Source of the DNA: Callorhinchus milii
Lineage: Eukaryota
DNA length: 64,000 bases
Reading direction: 5' to 3'
NCBI RefSeq assembly: GCF_018977255.1
Contig: NW_024704742.1
Coordinates: forward strand, 80,354,001 to 80,418,000
In this document: in pieces, positions 25,988 through 39,598 of the stretch
How positions within the stretch are numbered: position 1 is the stretch's first letter
Layout: the number at the start of each line of letters is the position of its first letter
Notes under the pieces: generated by a model
What the model saw: only the letters and a program-made list of their open reading frames with translations
The model's database searches: none
Told to the model about the DNA's origin: nothing
Made by a program: the position numbers and the translations under genes

Positions 25988-28900
25988 TTAACGTACCATA
26001 ACATGTAGGAGCAGGAGTAGGCCATTCGGCCCTTCGAGCCTGCCCTGCCATTCAATCATGGCTGATCTTCTAATCTAACTCCAGCTAATAACCTAACCCT
26101 GCCTTATCCCCATATCCCTTAATCCCTTTTGCAATAAGAAATCTATCTATCTCAGTCTTGACTGTGTTCAAGGACTGAGCATCAACAGCTCTTTGGGGTA
26201 GTGAGTTCCATACATTCACCACCCTTTGAGTGAAGAAGTTCTTCCTCAATTCAGTGCGAAAGGGCTGGCCTCTGATTTTAAGGTTGTGACCCCTGGTTTT
26301 TGGTTTCTCCAACTATCTACTCTATCATGCCTTTGATGATCTTATAGGTTTCTTCCCCTTCATCCCTGGCACTAACCTAGTAAATCTACGCTGCACCCCC
26401 TCCAAGGCAAGTACATCCTTCCTTAAATAAGGAGACCAAACCTGCACACGGTATTCTAGGTGTGGTCTCACCAGGGCCCTATACAGTTGCAGCAAGACTG
26501 CCCTACTCTTATACTCTAATCCTTTCATAATGAATGTTAACAGACCGTTCGCCTTCCTAATCGCTTACTGCACCTGCAGACTAACCTTCTGTGATTGGTG
26601 TACAAGGACACCCAAGTCCCTTTGGACGCTAACACATTCCAATCTCTCCCCTTCTAAAAAATAACCCGCTCTACTATTTTTGCTACCTAAGGGGAGGACT
26701 TCGCGCTTCCCTACATTATACTTCATCTGCCACCTACCTGCCCAATCACCTAACCTATCTATGTCTTGCTGCATTTTTTTAATGTCTTCCTCTGTGTTGG
26801 CACTTCCTCCTAGTTTGTGTCATCCGCGAATTTAGATATATTAACTTCGATGTCCTCATCTAGATCGTTGATGTAGATGGTAAATAGTTGAGGCCCAAGG
26901 ACTGATCATTGTGGCACTGCACTAGTCAGATCCCGCCAATCTGAAAAGGACCCGTTTATCTCTACCCGTTATTTCCTACCCGTTAACCATTCCCCAATCC
27001 ACGTTAATATGCTCCCCCCAATTCCGTGGGTCTCTATCTTTTGGACTAACCTTTTATGTGGCACCTTATCGAATGCCTTCTGGATGTCTAAATAGACCAC
27101 ATCCACTGATTCACCCTTACCTAGTTTACTGGAAATATCCTCAAAAAACTCTGAGATTTGTCAAACATGACTTCCCTTTTGTAAAGCCATGTTGACTTGG
27201 CCTAATTATATTGTGCTCCTCTAAATACCGCACTACCACATCCTTAATCAATGATTCAAAAAAATTTCCTGTCACTGAATTGAGACTAATTGGCCTATAG
27301 TTCCCCATCTTTTCCTTTCCACCTTTTTAAAATGGTGGTGTGACATTTGCGATCTTCCAATCCATGGGGACTGTTCCAGAATCCAAGGAATTTTGGAAAA
27401 TCAGACACAAGGATTCACTATCTCGTATGCTACCTTTTTTAAAACCCTGGGATGCAAGCCATCTGGACCAGGGGATTTGTCACTTTTTCGTGCTAACATT
27501 TTCCCTAGCACCAATTCTCTACTCATGAAAATTTCCCTAAATTGCTCCCTGTCCTTACCCCCTTGGTACATCTCTTGTTGGAAGACTTGTTGTGTCTTCT
27601 AGGGTGAAGACAGATGCAAAGTACCCATTTAGGGACTCTACCATGTCCTTATCCCCCATTACAACTTGTCCCGTCTCTGACTGAAGTGGACCTACATTTA
27701 CCCTCACTAGCCTATTCCTCCTTATGTATTTGTAAATATTTTTATTATCTGACTTAATGTTCCTAGCTAGCTTACCCTCATACTCCTTTTTCTCGCTCTT
27801 AATGAGTTTTTCAGTTTTTTTNGCTGGTTTCTAAAACTCTCCCAATCTTCAGATTTGCTGCTTTTCTTGGCAGTTTTATAAGCTTTTTCTTTTCATTTGA
27901 TGCTTTCCCTAACTGCTCTAGTTAGCCACGGATGACTTGCTTTCCCTATGGTACTCTTATTCCGCAAGGAAATATGCGACCGTTGAGAATTATGCACTAC
28001 ATCCTTAAATATTTGCCACTGTTGTTCTACATTTTTACCTCTTAATCTTATTCTCCAGTCTATTTTACCTAAAATCTTTCCTCATACCTACAACATTAGC
28101 CTTATTTAAATTCAGAATACTTGCCTCGGATTTAATTATCTCTCTCTCTAACTTAATGCAGAATTCAATCATATTGTGATCACTCTGCTCTAGAGGAGTC
28201 TTAATACCTACACTGCTGACTAGCCCTGTTTCGTTACACAGAATAAGGTCTAGAATGGTCTGTCCCCTAGTTGGTTCCTCGGCATGCTGCTCTTGAAAGT
28301 TATCTCTCATACACTCAATGAACTCTTCTTCTAACCTACTTTTGCCGATTTGGTTTTCCCAATCTATGTGGAGATTGAAATCACCCACTATTATCGCTTT
28401 ACCTTTCCTACATGCTCCACTGATTTCTTGATTAATACCTTGTGCTATTTTGTGATCATTGTTTGGGTGTCTATAAACCATTCCCATTAATATTTTTTGC
28501 CCCTTATTATTTTTTATTTCCACCCATATTGTCTCGACCGCCTGGTCATTGGATTTCAGATCCTTCCTCTCCACTGCTTTTATTTCATCCCTAATTAACA
28601 GGGCCACCCCCCACCTCTTTTCCCACAGTGCGTATCATTCCTGTAAACTGAGAACCCTAGAATATTTAACTCCCACTCCGGATCTCCTTGTAACCATGTT
28701 TCAGTGATGCCTACTAGATCGTACCCATATGTGTCTATTTGTGCTTTTAATTCATCAGTTTTATTCTGAGTGCTTCGCGCATTCAGATATAACATTTTTA
28801 ATTTCCTACCATTTCCTTTACTCTCTGATTCCTTATCTGCTTTGCCAAGCTTCTTACCCCTAGTTAACATATTCCTATTATCTGGCATGCTATTCTGCAC

Positions 28901-30184
28901 TGTCATCTTTACTTTTTCTAATGCTAACTTATGGTTTCTCTTACCTATATATTCCCTCCACTTTTCTAGTTTAAATTCCTATTTACCTCCCTATTAATTT
29001 GTTTAGCTAGGACATTTGTCCCAGCCGATTTAATTGCAGCCCATTTCTCTAAAAGAGCTCTCTTTTCCCCCAATACTCGTGCCAATGGCCCATAAAAAGA
29101 AACCCCTGAGTTCCGCACCACTCTTTTAGCCATGCGTTCAAGTCCTTAATTTGTTTGTTCCTGTACCAATTGTCATATGGTACAGGCAGTAGTCCCGATA
29201 TCACCACCTTCGATGATCTTGACTTCAATTTGGACCCCAGCTCTTTGAATTCCCTTCTCAAGTCATCTTGGCCAACTCTACCAATGTTATTGGTACCTAT
29301 GTGAAGTACCACCAACGGATCCTTGCCCTCATATTTTAAATTATCTTCTAGCCCTGTCGAGACATCCTTCACCCTGGCCCCAGGGAGGCAACAAAGCCTT
29401 CGGGTCTTCTGGTTGGTGTTGCAGATGATTGTGTCTGTCTATCTAATAGTCTCATCACCAATAACAACAACCATCCGCTCGTTTACCCCAGTTTTAGAGG
29501 TAGTTTTTCCTTCCACCTCACCGGCTTCCTTGTCGATACAACCTCCAAGGATCTCATATCTATTGCTCAAGGTTAATGCCGGATTTACTACCACTCTTTC
29601 CGTTGTCCCCCTGACCTCCTGACTGTCTATTGACCTATCCTGACCATAATCAATGGTGTTGACCATATATTCCCTCAGGGGAGTGACTGGCTCCAGGATG
29701 TAGCTATCCAGGAAACACTCACTGTCTCTGATACTCCGTAGTGTCTGTACCTCGGATTCCAGCTCAGCCACTCTGAGCTGGAGCTGCCTCAGTTGCAGAC
29801 ATCTGCTGCGATGTGGTCACCCTGGGTCAGACTGCCCTTCATTAGTTCCCACATATCACACACCTCACATAACACCTACCATTGTCACCTTTTCCAACTT
29901 GAGTTAGTTAGACAAGTTAATTTATTTAAGTTTTAATTTAATCAAGTTGATCCAATTAAGTTGATCAAGTTAAGTTAATCAAGTTAAGTCCGTGGTGTGT
30001 GATGTGTTGACAGTTTTTTGTGTTAGTCAATAGTTAGTGTTGATACTGACGTCGCTCTGACATCACTTTTTAATTTTCTTGCTGGTTTTTTATCCTCTGA
30101 CTGACTGGCTGACTGCTCTCCTCGGCCCGCCCCTAGCTCTCGTGTCTCTGACTGGCTGATTGAATCAACTGACTGACTTTTTAT
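25988..30184 (-). mobile_element. Apparently full-length decayed CR1 LINE (ORF1 zinc finger/coiled coil + SGNH esterase; ORF2 APE + RT)
   Basis: ORF1: CEVCDMWEL..DHI.SRCLQLRQLQLRVAELESEV, VVVIGD, VVLHIGTNN, VVISGLLPV. ORF2: YLNARS..VGITETWL, GDFN, SDHN, FADDT, RPHLEY, FFTQRVVNVWNSLP. CR1 3' UTR; gattattatt on both flanks (25978-25987, 30185-30194). Confidence 0.93.
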
Positions 30185-32496
30185 GATTATTATTATAGAT
30201 GGGAACATGAGCATCAATAAGTGAACCTAAGCCTAACATCTTTGACTTGAATGTGGAGGATTTCTCAACTGAGTAACACTTGAGTTACATCTAAATTGAT
30301 GCTTTGCTCTTATATCTATTTGTGTACCTTAATTTTCTGAATCAGGATGCAATCCACTGTCTCCCTGCCCTAAAAATGGTTATTTACTGAGCAAAATCAA
30401 GGATTCAAAGCTGCAGAAAACCAGCTTCCAACTAAAAAAATGAGAAAACCTCTGAATGCTCTTACATTTTAACGCAATGGACTTAAGTCTACAATCATAA
30501 GAAATTTCAGGCTTCAGACTGAACAGCTCTGACATATATGAGCTGAAATTTCATTTGGCATTATTTTTAGCACCCTTGGCAATAAGAAATTATAATAGCA
30601 AAATCCTGTTAGTTGTCTACATAGCCAGAGGCCCTACACATAATGTTGATTAGAATTTGTGCCCTGTAGTGCTTAGCTTTGCCTCATGACTCTGCTTGTT
30701 TCCTTAAACACTTTTATGAGATGCTATCCCTTGTTGGCCAATACACCATCCTATAATCATAGTGGAAAGATTGTGTTTTATTTCTTTTTCTCCTTGTTCA
30801 AAAAATAGCTCAATGCGTGATCTCGGGATGTTTGAATAAAGAAGCCTTTCAGCCCTTTTGATCTCATCCTTCCAGAATACCCACCTTAGTGTCCGCCCAT
30901 CACGATATCAAGCTGATTTTTCAAGTGAGTCAAGTGTCATGACCGCAACCTTCCTTCCTGATAAACTGTTCCATCATTAATTACTCTCTAGGCAGATATA
31001 CAAACAAACAAACCTGTCTCTTCTTATGCTGTTGCCTTCTCAATCCACGATTGTGGGATACTGCTGTGCGTGATAGACTGCTACATTTCACTTACAAACT
31101 ATAGTCAATTCACTTTACAGTATATTCTGTGAAGCGCTTTGAGACATCGCAACAACGTGATAAGACTCTATATCAAATGCAAGGATTATTATTACTGTTG
31201 GTGCATCCATACTATTGTTCTGGGTTTACTTTATCATTTAAAATTCTAGATGGTCCTCTCTGAAATATCTTCTTTCAAGACTGAACAGCCCTAGCTAGTC
31301 TAATTGTTTCTTATAATCTATACCTTATTCATCTAACACTGGGGATTATCCTCACTTCTCTCCTATACACTTCGTTCACTTTATCTCCATTCCTTATTGT
31401 TGGCTTTACCTTTTGGCTGAGCCTTCGGAATTGGAGGATGCTTTCAGAGGACATTTATTTCTGTGACAATGGTTGGCATCTGGAGTGAAGAGATACATTC
31501 AGTGAATCAGAAATATAATGTGGCTGTGAGATAGTTCTTGGCATTTGATAGCTGATCAACTGCTAGCTGGCAACATACAATTACATAGAATGATACAGCA
31601 AGGATTAGCCAATCTCACTGTATTGGAAGATTTCCCTGTTTTACAGTAAATTCTGTGAAGCTCTTTGAGACATCCTCATGATATGAAGGTGATATATCAA
31701 ATGTATGCATTATTGTTTATTATTATGACACACACTTGTAAATTAGTCTCAATCTTTTGGTCCCTGTATATGGTGATGTTCTTCATTCTGCTAATGCCTT
31801 TCACTGTGACTATACCTGCGTCCAACAGAAGGGCTGGGAAAACACACTTTGGAAAAATTGGTGCCTAACATCTGTTTCATGAAGAAAAATAAAATCAAGA
31901 CATTCATTATCACAAAAAAATGTGTCCTTCAAGATCTTTGGTTGGAGCAAAGTCTTTTCAGGTCAGCATGACATACATGGGGGTCCTTGCAGGAAATGCA
32001 CGTCATATACCAAAGTTTTTTTTTCTGTTTTTGTGATTTGCTCCAGGTTATTGTTTTCACAACAAGCCTTCTTTCAACTCAAACAAGTCCATTAAGAACT
32101 TCCAAGGTTGAGCTCAATAATTCAGAGGATAATTTATCAACCATAATGAGCTCAAAGTGTTGAATCTAGTTACTCAATAGTGTGCTTCAGTGTTTGCTCT
32201 ATAGATTTTCTTAGCCCTGCAATTCTTCTCAATATGATCTCTGGAATAAAGTCACTGTAAAACTTACCATTAGGCCAGTGTTTAAATAATTAATTGTGAG
32301 ATACCATTCCTTGCTGATCGATACACCATCCTATAATAGTATCTCTTGATCCCTTTAATAATTTACCTGCAAGACTTAACAAAATACATTGTTTACCTAA
32401 AAATAAGGTGAATGATAAATGTGCATGGTGTAGGCCACCATCAAGTTTGAAAAGAGCAGGAGAGACAATAAGATAAATTAAGAAGTTGTAAATAAT

Positions 32497-32796
32497 AAAT
32501 AATAATCCTTGCATTTGGTACAGCACCTTATCACATTGTCAAAACATCTCAAAGCACTTCACAGGAATTACTGTGTAGTGACTATATGTTTGCAAGTGAA
32601 TACGCCAGCCAATTTGCACAAACCATTGACCCACAAGTAACCATGAAGTTGATTGATTGATTGATTTTATTTGGTGGAGGGTTGGCCAGGACACTGGAAG
32701 AAATTCCCTTCACTTTTTGAATAGTGCTGTGAGATCCTTAACATCTAACTGAACAGACAGATCGGATCTCAGTCTCATCCAAAGAACGGCACCTCA
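32497..32796 (-). mobile_element. Deu-type SINE, 5' part cut off by an L2 3' end
   Basis: aataatccttgcatttgg tail, tttgaatagtgctgtgagatc, tctcatccaaagaacggcacct. Confidence 0.7.
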
Positions 32797-33110
32797 CAAC
32801 AACAACAACAACAACTTACATTTGTATAGAGCCTTTCACATTGGGAGGACATCACAAAGCGCTGGACAGTCAATGATGTGTACCCGAGCTGGGAGTTGGG
32901 ATCAGGAGGGGTGGAGGGCAGGGAGGGTAGAAGTAGGAGAGTGACTAAAGGTGCGGTCGAAGCGGAGGGTCTTGAGATGGGCCTTGAAAAAGGCAAGGGA
33001 GGGGGCGAGATGAAGGGACTGTGGGATGGAGTTCCAAAGTGTGGGGGCAGAGAGGCTGAAGGCCCGACTGCTGATGGTGTTGTGGGCCGGGTGGGATGAT
33101 GGAGCAGGGA
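32797..33110 (-). mobile_element. L2 3' fragment
   Basis: (CAA)n on +, 3' stem-loop, ORF RAFSLSAPTLWNSIP..FKAHLKT. Confidence 0.9.
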
Positions 33111-36100
33111 GGGTGGGGCTCACAAGTTTGGTTTGGATAAAAAAGGCCCTTTGGATCATCTGACCTCATCTGTCCAGAACTCCGCAAACACAGAATTCCC
33201 CGAACACTGCATTTGTGTCAGCGTAGACTGTAAATACACAGCTGCATTTTGATGCTAGAGCTGCTGTCACAACTTAATAAATGTACTACTAAATTAGCTG
33301 CGAGCTTTATGTGATAGTTTACTTTCTTACTTAAAATAAACTACAGATGCCCTTTTCCCCTCGAGCTGTGCTCAGTAAATTAACCAAAGTCTCCAAATAA
33401 TCTGAAATGCATTTGTATAAATAATCCAGTAACTAGTTTCCCTTGGGCTGACATTTCTTTTAAGTTTGTTGAGTAACTTTCTCACAGGCGCTTTTGTGTT
33501 TGGGTCAATCTTCAGCATGGTTTTGCATTGTGGTCTAATTTATATATTTCCTAAATAGATTCTGAGTCACAAAGTTGCGGATTCAAGCCCCATGTCAGGA
33601 CGTCGAACTCATATTGTCCAGACTGACATTCTAATGTATCACTGGGGTTCTGTTGCACTGTCCCAGGTGCCATTCATCAGGTGAGATGTTAAGATGAGGT
33701 CCTACCTTTGTGACGTTTGTCCAGCATGAAAGGCACTATAACAAATCCAAGGATTACTTTTCTTTGTTCTTTAATAACTAATCTAAGTCAATCAAATCAG
33801 GACTCTGTTGTGCAGTCTTATACCATGCCAACATGCAGATGCATCATTCTGGTGCATTCTACTTTTGAAGTGAATTTCCCTCAGGTGGACAGGAACAGGG
33901 AATCCCATTGAACAATGACATAAGTTAAACTCCCAATGACTCTATCACCTGGTACATTCTACTTGGTTGTGCTCCCAACTCGCTATATACTGTACTTAAG
34001 CAAACTGACAGTTTGTGCTTTGCTTTTTATTCCACATTGCACTTCTCTGAGCCAATTCCTGCCCTTTCTATCATGTGCTATTGAAAACAACTAAATAGCT
34101 TTTTTCTACAAATAACGGAAAGTATACATAGAGCCTGTCACATAAAAGAAACTCTGAAGAATAACATTAATTAAAAATGAAGTCGATGCTGCTTTATTTG
34201 GCAAACAAGGTAGCTAAAGTGCAGAAGCGACCTACAAACAATAAGATGAGTAGTCACCGTGTATGGATTCTGATTTAATTCTTGCTTTAAATTTGCCTCT
34301 TTAGGGTCTCAAATCCATTCTGCCATATTGATTGAATTAAAGCTACACTAATTTCTATGTCGTTGGCTGTGAACTATCTCTCTCTGCAACAGTATTTTTA
34401 AACCTCACACAATTACATTTTCGTGACTCATGTGTTATTCTGCTCACAAGGGGGAATACTTGGGAGATCTGTTCAGGGGTGACTTTGACAGCAACTGACA
34501 CAGGGAAACCTTTTGCTAGATATAAAATATGAATCAGGTTTCTGCAATTCTGCTTCTGAGAATGAGTTTGATCCAAATTAAAGGTTTCTGCCCAATTGTA
34601 TCAAAAACAAAACCCTAAATTGACATCTAAACCAAAACAACAATTGTGATCCTCTTAACTGTCATTTTCGTATTGGCAAAATTTCGCCAGACATGTTCAT
34701 ATTAAATTGTAGATAATAATAATAATAATCTTTCGTTTAAGATGCCTTACTTTATTGAGGCATCTCAAAGGTTATTGTAGAACTTAATTGTTGATTTGCA
34801 AAATAAAATGAGGTCTTCCTTTCTTGTGTTAGTTCAGAAATATTTAGTGACTATTAGTAATGGAAATAATCCAGGCCCTTGTTGGGTCTGAAATAACGTT
34901 TTAGCAATTGATGGGCTTGGGCGTTGCCTAGATCTTGTGATCGTCTAGGTCTTGGGACACTGCTGTGAGCAATTCACTGCTGGGTTTCACTCACAAAATA
35001 TACAGTCAATTCAATTTACAGTATATTCTATGAAGCTCTTTGAGATGTCTCGATAAGGTGCTATATCAATGCAAGGATTATTGTTATTATCATTAAAGGT
35101 TATTTCTGGGCTGGGGAGATTTTGCAAACAAAATGTTAAACAAGAGTTAGAGGTTATCCCAATAATTGGAAATTATGTTTGCTTTTTAAAAATTAAGAAT
35201 CTCTATCTTGGAATTAAGCCGTTAAACCATGAAGCTGCAATAAAACCCCACTTTTGTCTGTTGCATAAAACAATGATGCTGTTCACTGTTGGAACCAACC
35301 ATTGTGCCAACCTGAGAGTGGGGGCACAGGAGTGTAGATTTGTGGCCAATCTTTAAAAAAANTGCAATATTTCATAGCAGATTCAATGTGATAGTTCAAT
35401 GTGATAAATCACTTACAGAATTTCATATCTTTTCCTTCCTGTTTGTTTTAAAAACAAGACATGCAGTGCTGATTTCAAAGATTTAATCTGACTTTAAATC
35501 GCACATCGTGGCTATAAAGTTTGAAGCCTCTTGCTTGCTTGGTTCATGATACTATCTGCACCCTAAATGGTTACTCACAGGGAGTCCCGGTTGTCTGCGT
35601 ATGGCTAATATTTTCAATGGTTCAGTAACTTGATGGGGATTCTCAGTAGGTAGCTGTGAAATTTAACCCCCAAACTGTATGTTAATCCAGGTTGATAGGT
35701 TTTGTTTGGGAACATGTTTTGGGAGTTGCTAGATGCATTTCCTTACACGGGCAGTTAGGAGCAAAAAAGAACATTACAATGCTTTTCCATTGTATGCAAC
35801 CTATGCAATGTGCGTCTACATGATATACAGTCACAACATTTTACAGTAAATCATGTGAAGTGATTTGAGACTTTCTCCTGACCTGAAAGGCGATACATCA
35901 ATGGCAAGGATTATTATTATTGTTATTGTAAGCCAATTCTCAAGTGTTGCTTGTCAAAATTATTTAAGAGGACCTGAAGCCTGGTTTTCCTGCCATTTGC
36001 AATGAATGAAGCTGAATGATATTCATGGAATATTCATGGATATTTGGGAAAGAGCAAAAAAAATAAAAATGTCCATTTCGTATAATTACTGTGTTTGGGT

Positions 36101-36989
36101 TAAAAAATATCTAACTGTATAAAAGTGTACTTTTCAAATTGATTCCATTCAAGGAAAAATGTTTAGAATGTGCTACTGTGTGTTCATTAAAAATGAACTC
36201 GCTGAAAAGCTTTCGTACATGATGTTAAACTTGAATCTCAAGATATAAATCAATGTGATGCTTGAAGTGCTTCCTAAAGAGATGTTGATTTACAGTATTT
36301 CTCAGCCTCAGTCTTAGATAGAGAATTATTCAGTGGAGTGTAATGCAAAATAGATGCTACTCTTACAAACCAAACCTCTGATGAAACTATCAAATTAAAT
36401 AGGAATCTTGGCTGATGTGGGGTGGTTGTGGAGGGAGAGAAGGAGTTCATCTTGAAAGGATGTTCGATTAAACCTTTCAGAAAATGTTCGGCTTTGACAG
36501 TGAGCTCCCATCAGAAAAATATCTTCCATCGACAAACACAGCGCATACATTTAAATGTAACTGAGTAATTTACAGAATGGAAAGGTCAAAGGCAGGGGAT
36601 TGAATTAATTTAGTTTATTCTGCTGTTGTCATCTTCCAGCACCCGACGTGAAAGGTGCTATACAAATGGGAATACAAGGATTATTATTATTATAAATAAA
36701 CAATAGCCATTTGACGGAGCATGGGAAAGTAACCGGTAGCTGTGGAACTGCCTCCAGCAAGAGGGGCCAGACCAGGAGCAGGGACATATGCCAGAGGGAG
36801 AAAAAGATAAATAATTTATAAAAATTAGATACACCAAATCATCACATTTCAAAACAAATGAAATACCACAAAGAAATGTATAATTTATACCCTGTTTACT
36901 GAGGAGTAATTATTAAGAAATCCCACGAGGACCAGTTCTGAAGGTGCAGTGGACAGAGCAGCGGTCTTATCGAGCACTGGTTCAAAATC

Positions 36990-37125
36990 ATAGAATCTTA
37001 AAATCATAGAATCATAGAATTATACAGCAAGAAGGAGGCCATTTGGCCCATCGTGTCTCTTTGCTGGCTCTTTGAAAAGAGCTACCCAAATCAATTCCAT
37101 TCCCACGCGCTCTCCCCAAATCATG
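36990..37125 (-). mobile_element. CR1 3' end
   Basis: (catagaat)n tail and ggaggccatttggcccatc motif. Confidence 0.75.
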
Positions 37126-37139
37126 CTGTGTTTGCTCAT

Positions 37140-37427
37140 TTTAGCCTCATAAGCGAGAGGACTTGGGTTTGATTTCCAGGCAGTGTGAAAGTTTCCTTAC
37201 TCCACGCATCTCTGTTCACCTGGCAGTAAGTAGGAACCCAGTTGTTAGTCAATTGGCGGATCGTTTTTCTGCAGGTATTAATCTCTTCAAAATAAATAAA
37301 TAATAATTGGGTCACTCAATGGGCTGCAGCATTTCGCCCACGAAATTTACAGTCAATTCACTTTACAGTATATTCTGTGAAGCACTTTGAAACTCACTAT
37401 ACCAATGCAAGGATTATTATTATTATA
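37140..37427 (+). mobile_element. tRNA-SINE long form, decayed
   Basis: Partial head, central segment gcagtaagtaggaacccagttgttagtc, ATT tail. Confidence 0.8.
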
Positions 37428-37542
37428 GGTAAACAGAAGCACGTGGAGTGAGGAAACTTGCCTATGGTTTCGCCCTGCCTGGGAATCGAACTCGGGTCTC
37501 TCGCTTGCGAGGCGAGTGCTCTAACCAATACGCTACAGGACT
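37428..37542 (-). mobile_element. tRNA-SINE 5' half (long form)
   Basis: Reverse complement of head agtcctgtagcgtattggttagagcactcgcctcgcaagcgag. Confidence 0.82.
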
Positions 37543-38891
37543 ACTATACTTGACAATTCTGGCTTGATAGTGTGAGGAGTAACAGTGATAGGTAATGGTT
37601 GTGATGCCCTCTACAGTGAGTAGATATTACCATTAATGACTGCCAACGCTCACAGGTGAACACGTCTCTTGGCCAGGGAGCGATGGGCAACCAACACCCA
37701 TGAGACCCTAGCAAGATGAACCCAGACCACGACCAGAGAGCCACGTGCTAGATTAGAAACATAGTTTTATACACTAAATATTAAAATATATTCCATGAAG
37801 AAATATGAAACTTAGATCTTTTTAAACTAATTGTGAAGTAATGTCTCACAATATTTTATGAATTGCTTATACTGGTGCGCTGCCATGTGGAGCTAATATA
37901 GCCTTGTTTTTCTACAGAAATATTTACTCTGAATGAAACTTGAAAATGCTAAAATAACTTCAGTGAAATTATATACTTTTAGAGCAATACAATGTTGGGA
38001 ATGAGAATACATCTTGCTTTGTTTGCTGTTCATCTGAGGGAGGAATGATATCACTCTTTAATTTACATTTTTATATTGACTATTTTTTTCTATTTGAAAT
38101 ACCCAAGATCAGCATCAAGCTTTTCCAGGTTAGAATTAGGAATCTAGCAATGTAGCAAGGAGCAGAAGTGATATTTCGGTACCACTCCTTTATTCCATCA
38201 TCAACATACATATTATATATGATATTTTTAATTCCATTTTAGATGTCAGCCTGGCTCAGTAGATAGCACTCTGACAATTCAGTGCGAGGGATGTGCTGCA
38301 TTGTTAGAGTTCCATCTTTCGGGTGAGACGTTAAACCTGAGTGATAGTGCCTGTTCAAGTGGACTTTGAAGATCCCATGGCAGTATTTACACATCCACTA
38401 CAGTTTCTAGTGTGTTGTAAGATGTCCACCTGACGTGAAACATGCTTTATCAAATGCAAGGATTATTATTTTTATCTTGAAACTGCTTCCATGATCTTTA
38501 TCCACAATTGGCTGCTAAACAATTCCACACTTTCTGCATAAAGTAGTGCAATATAAATTGACCATTTACCCTTGGAGTTTGAGACTGTGTATCAACCTAG
38601 AAAGCTCCAGGTCCATAAGATGCAGCTCCATCCACTACGGCATTGTGGATCGGGATGAACAAGGCATTGGAATTTAGCCTATCTACGGTAGGGACTGCTG
38701 CATTGTAGTACTGTACTTTAATATCACCCTGAGAAAGTTACTGTTTGTTCAAAACTGTTAATTGTTCGACTTCCCACAATAGCAATCTCCGTTAAATCCC
38801 TGAGTGAGATTGGTGATTGAGTACAAAATTAAGGACTGTTTCATTGTTTGATATTTTAACTACTGATAAATAGATTATTTGCAGATAATGA

Positions 38892-39598
38892 GGAATCCTG
38901 TAGCTTAGTGGTTAGAGCACTCTCCTCTCAAACGAAAGTACCTGGGTTCAATTCCTGGCAGAGCGAAATGCTGGGCAAGTTTCCTTACTTCTACACCACT
39001 CTGTTTACCCAGCAGTAAGTAGTAACCTGGTTGTTAGTCGATTGGCGGATCGCTCTTATGAGCTGATAATAATAATAATAATAATAATCCTTGCATTTGA
39101 TATAGCGCTTTTCACGTCGGGAGGACGTCCCAAAGCGCTTCACAGAACACACTGTAAAGTGAATTGACTGTATATTTGTGGGCGAACGCGGCAGCCAAAT
39201 TGCGCACAGCAGTGTCCCACAAACAGTCATAGATTGAAAATGACCAATTTATTATTGTTTTTGGTTTTGGAGGGATTATTATTAGGCTCTGTGTGGAGTA
39301 AGGAAACTTGCCTAAGGTTTCGCCCTCTGCCTGGAATTGAACTCAGGTCTCTCGCTTGCAAAGCGAGTGCTCTAACCACTGAGCTACAGGACTCCACTGA
39401 TGATCCCTTCAAAAAAATAATAATAATAAATTGGTCAATCTATTCACAACTGTTTGTGGGACACTGCTGTGCACAGTTGGCTACCAAGTTTCACCCACAA
39501 AATATAGTCAATTCACTTTACATTATATTCTGTGAAGCGCTTTGAAATGTCTCAAAGATGTGATAAGACGCTATATCAAATACAAGAATTAATATTAT
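38892..39598 (+). mobile_element. Long-form tRNA-SINE split by a nested younger SINE (host pieces 38892-39062 and 39397-39598)
   Basis: Head and central segment lie before the inverted insertion, body and tail after it. Confidence 0.85.
39066..39395 (-). mobile_element. Young short-form tRNA-SINE nested in an older SINE
   Basis: Closely matches the 5153 and 51478 copies; flanked by ctgataat / ctgatgat. Confidence 0.93.

Noticed and set aside
34355..34576. VAVKVT motif resembling a Harbinger transposase
   Set aside because: Six-residue match without the flanking FYASGSFQ context
38570..38730. Minus-strand segment with ctcag|G acceptor and 43 open codons
   Set aside because: In-frame stop before the only nearby donor; peptide unrecognised
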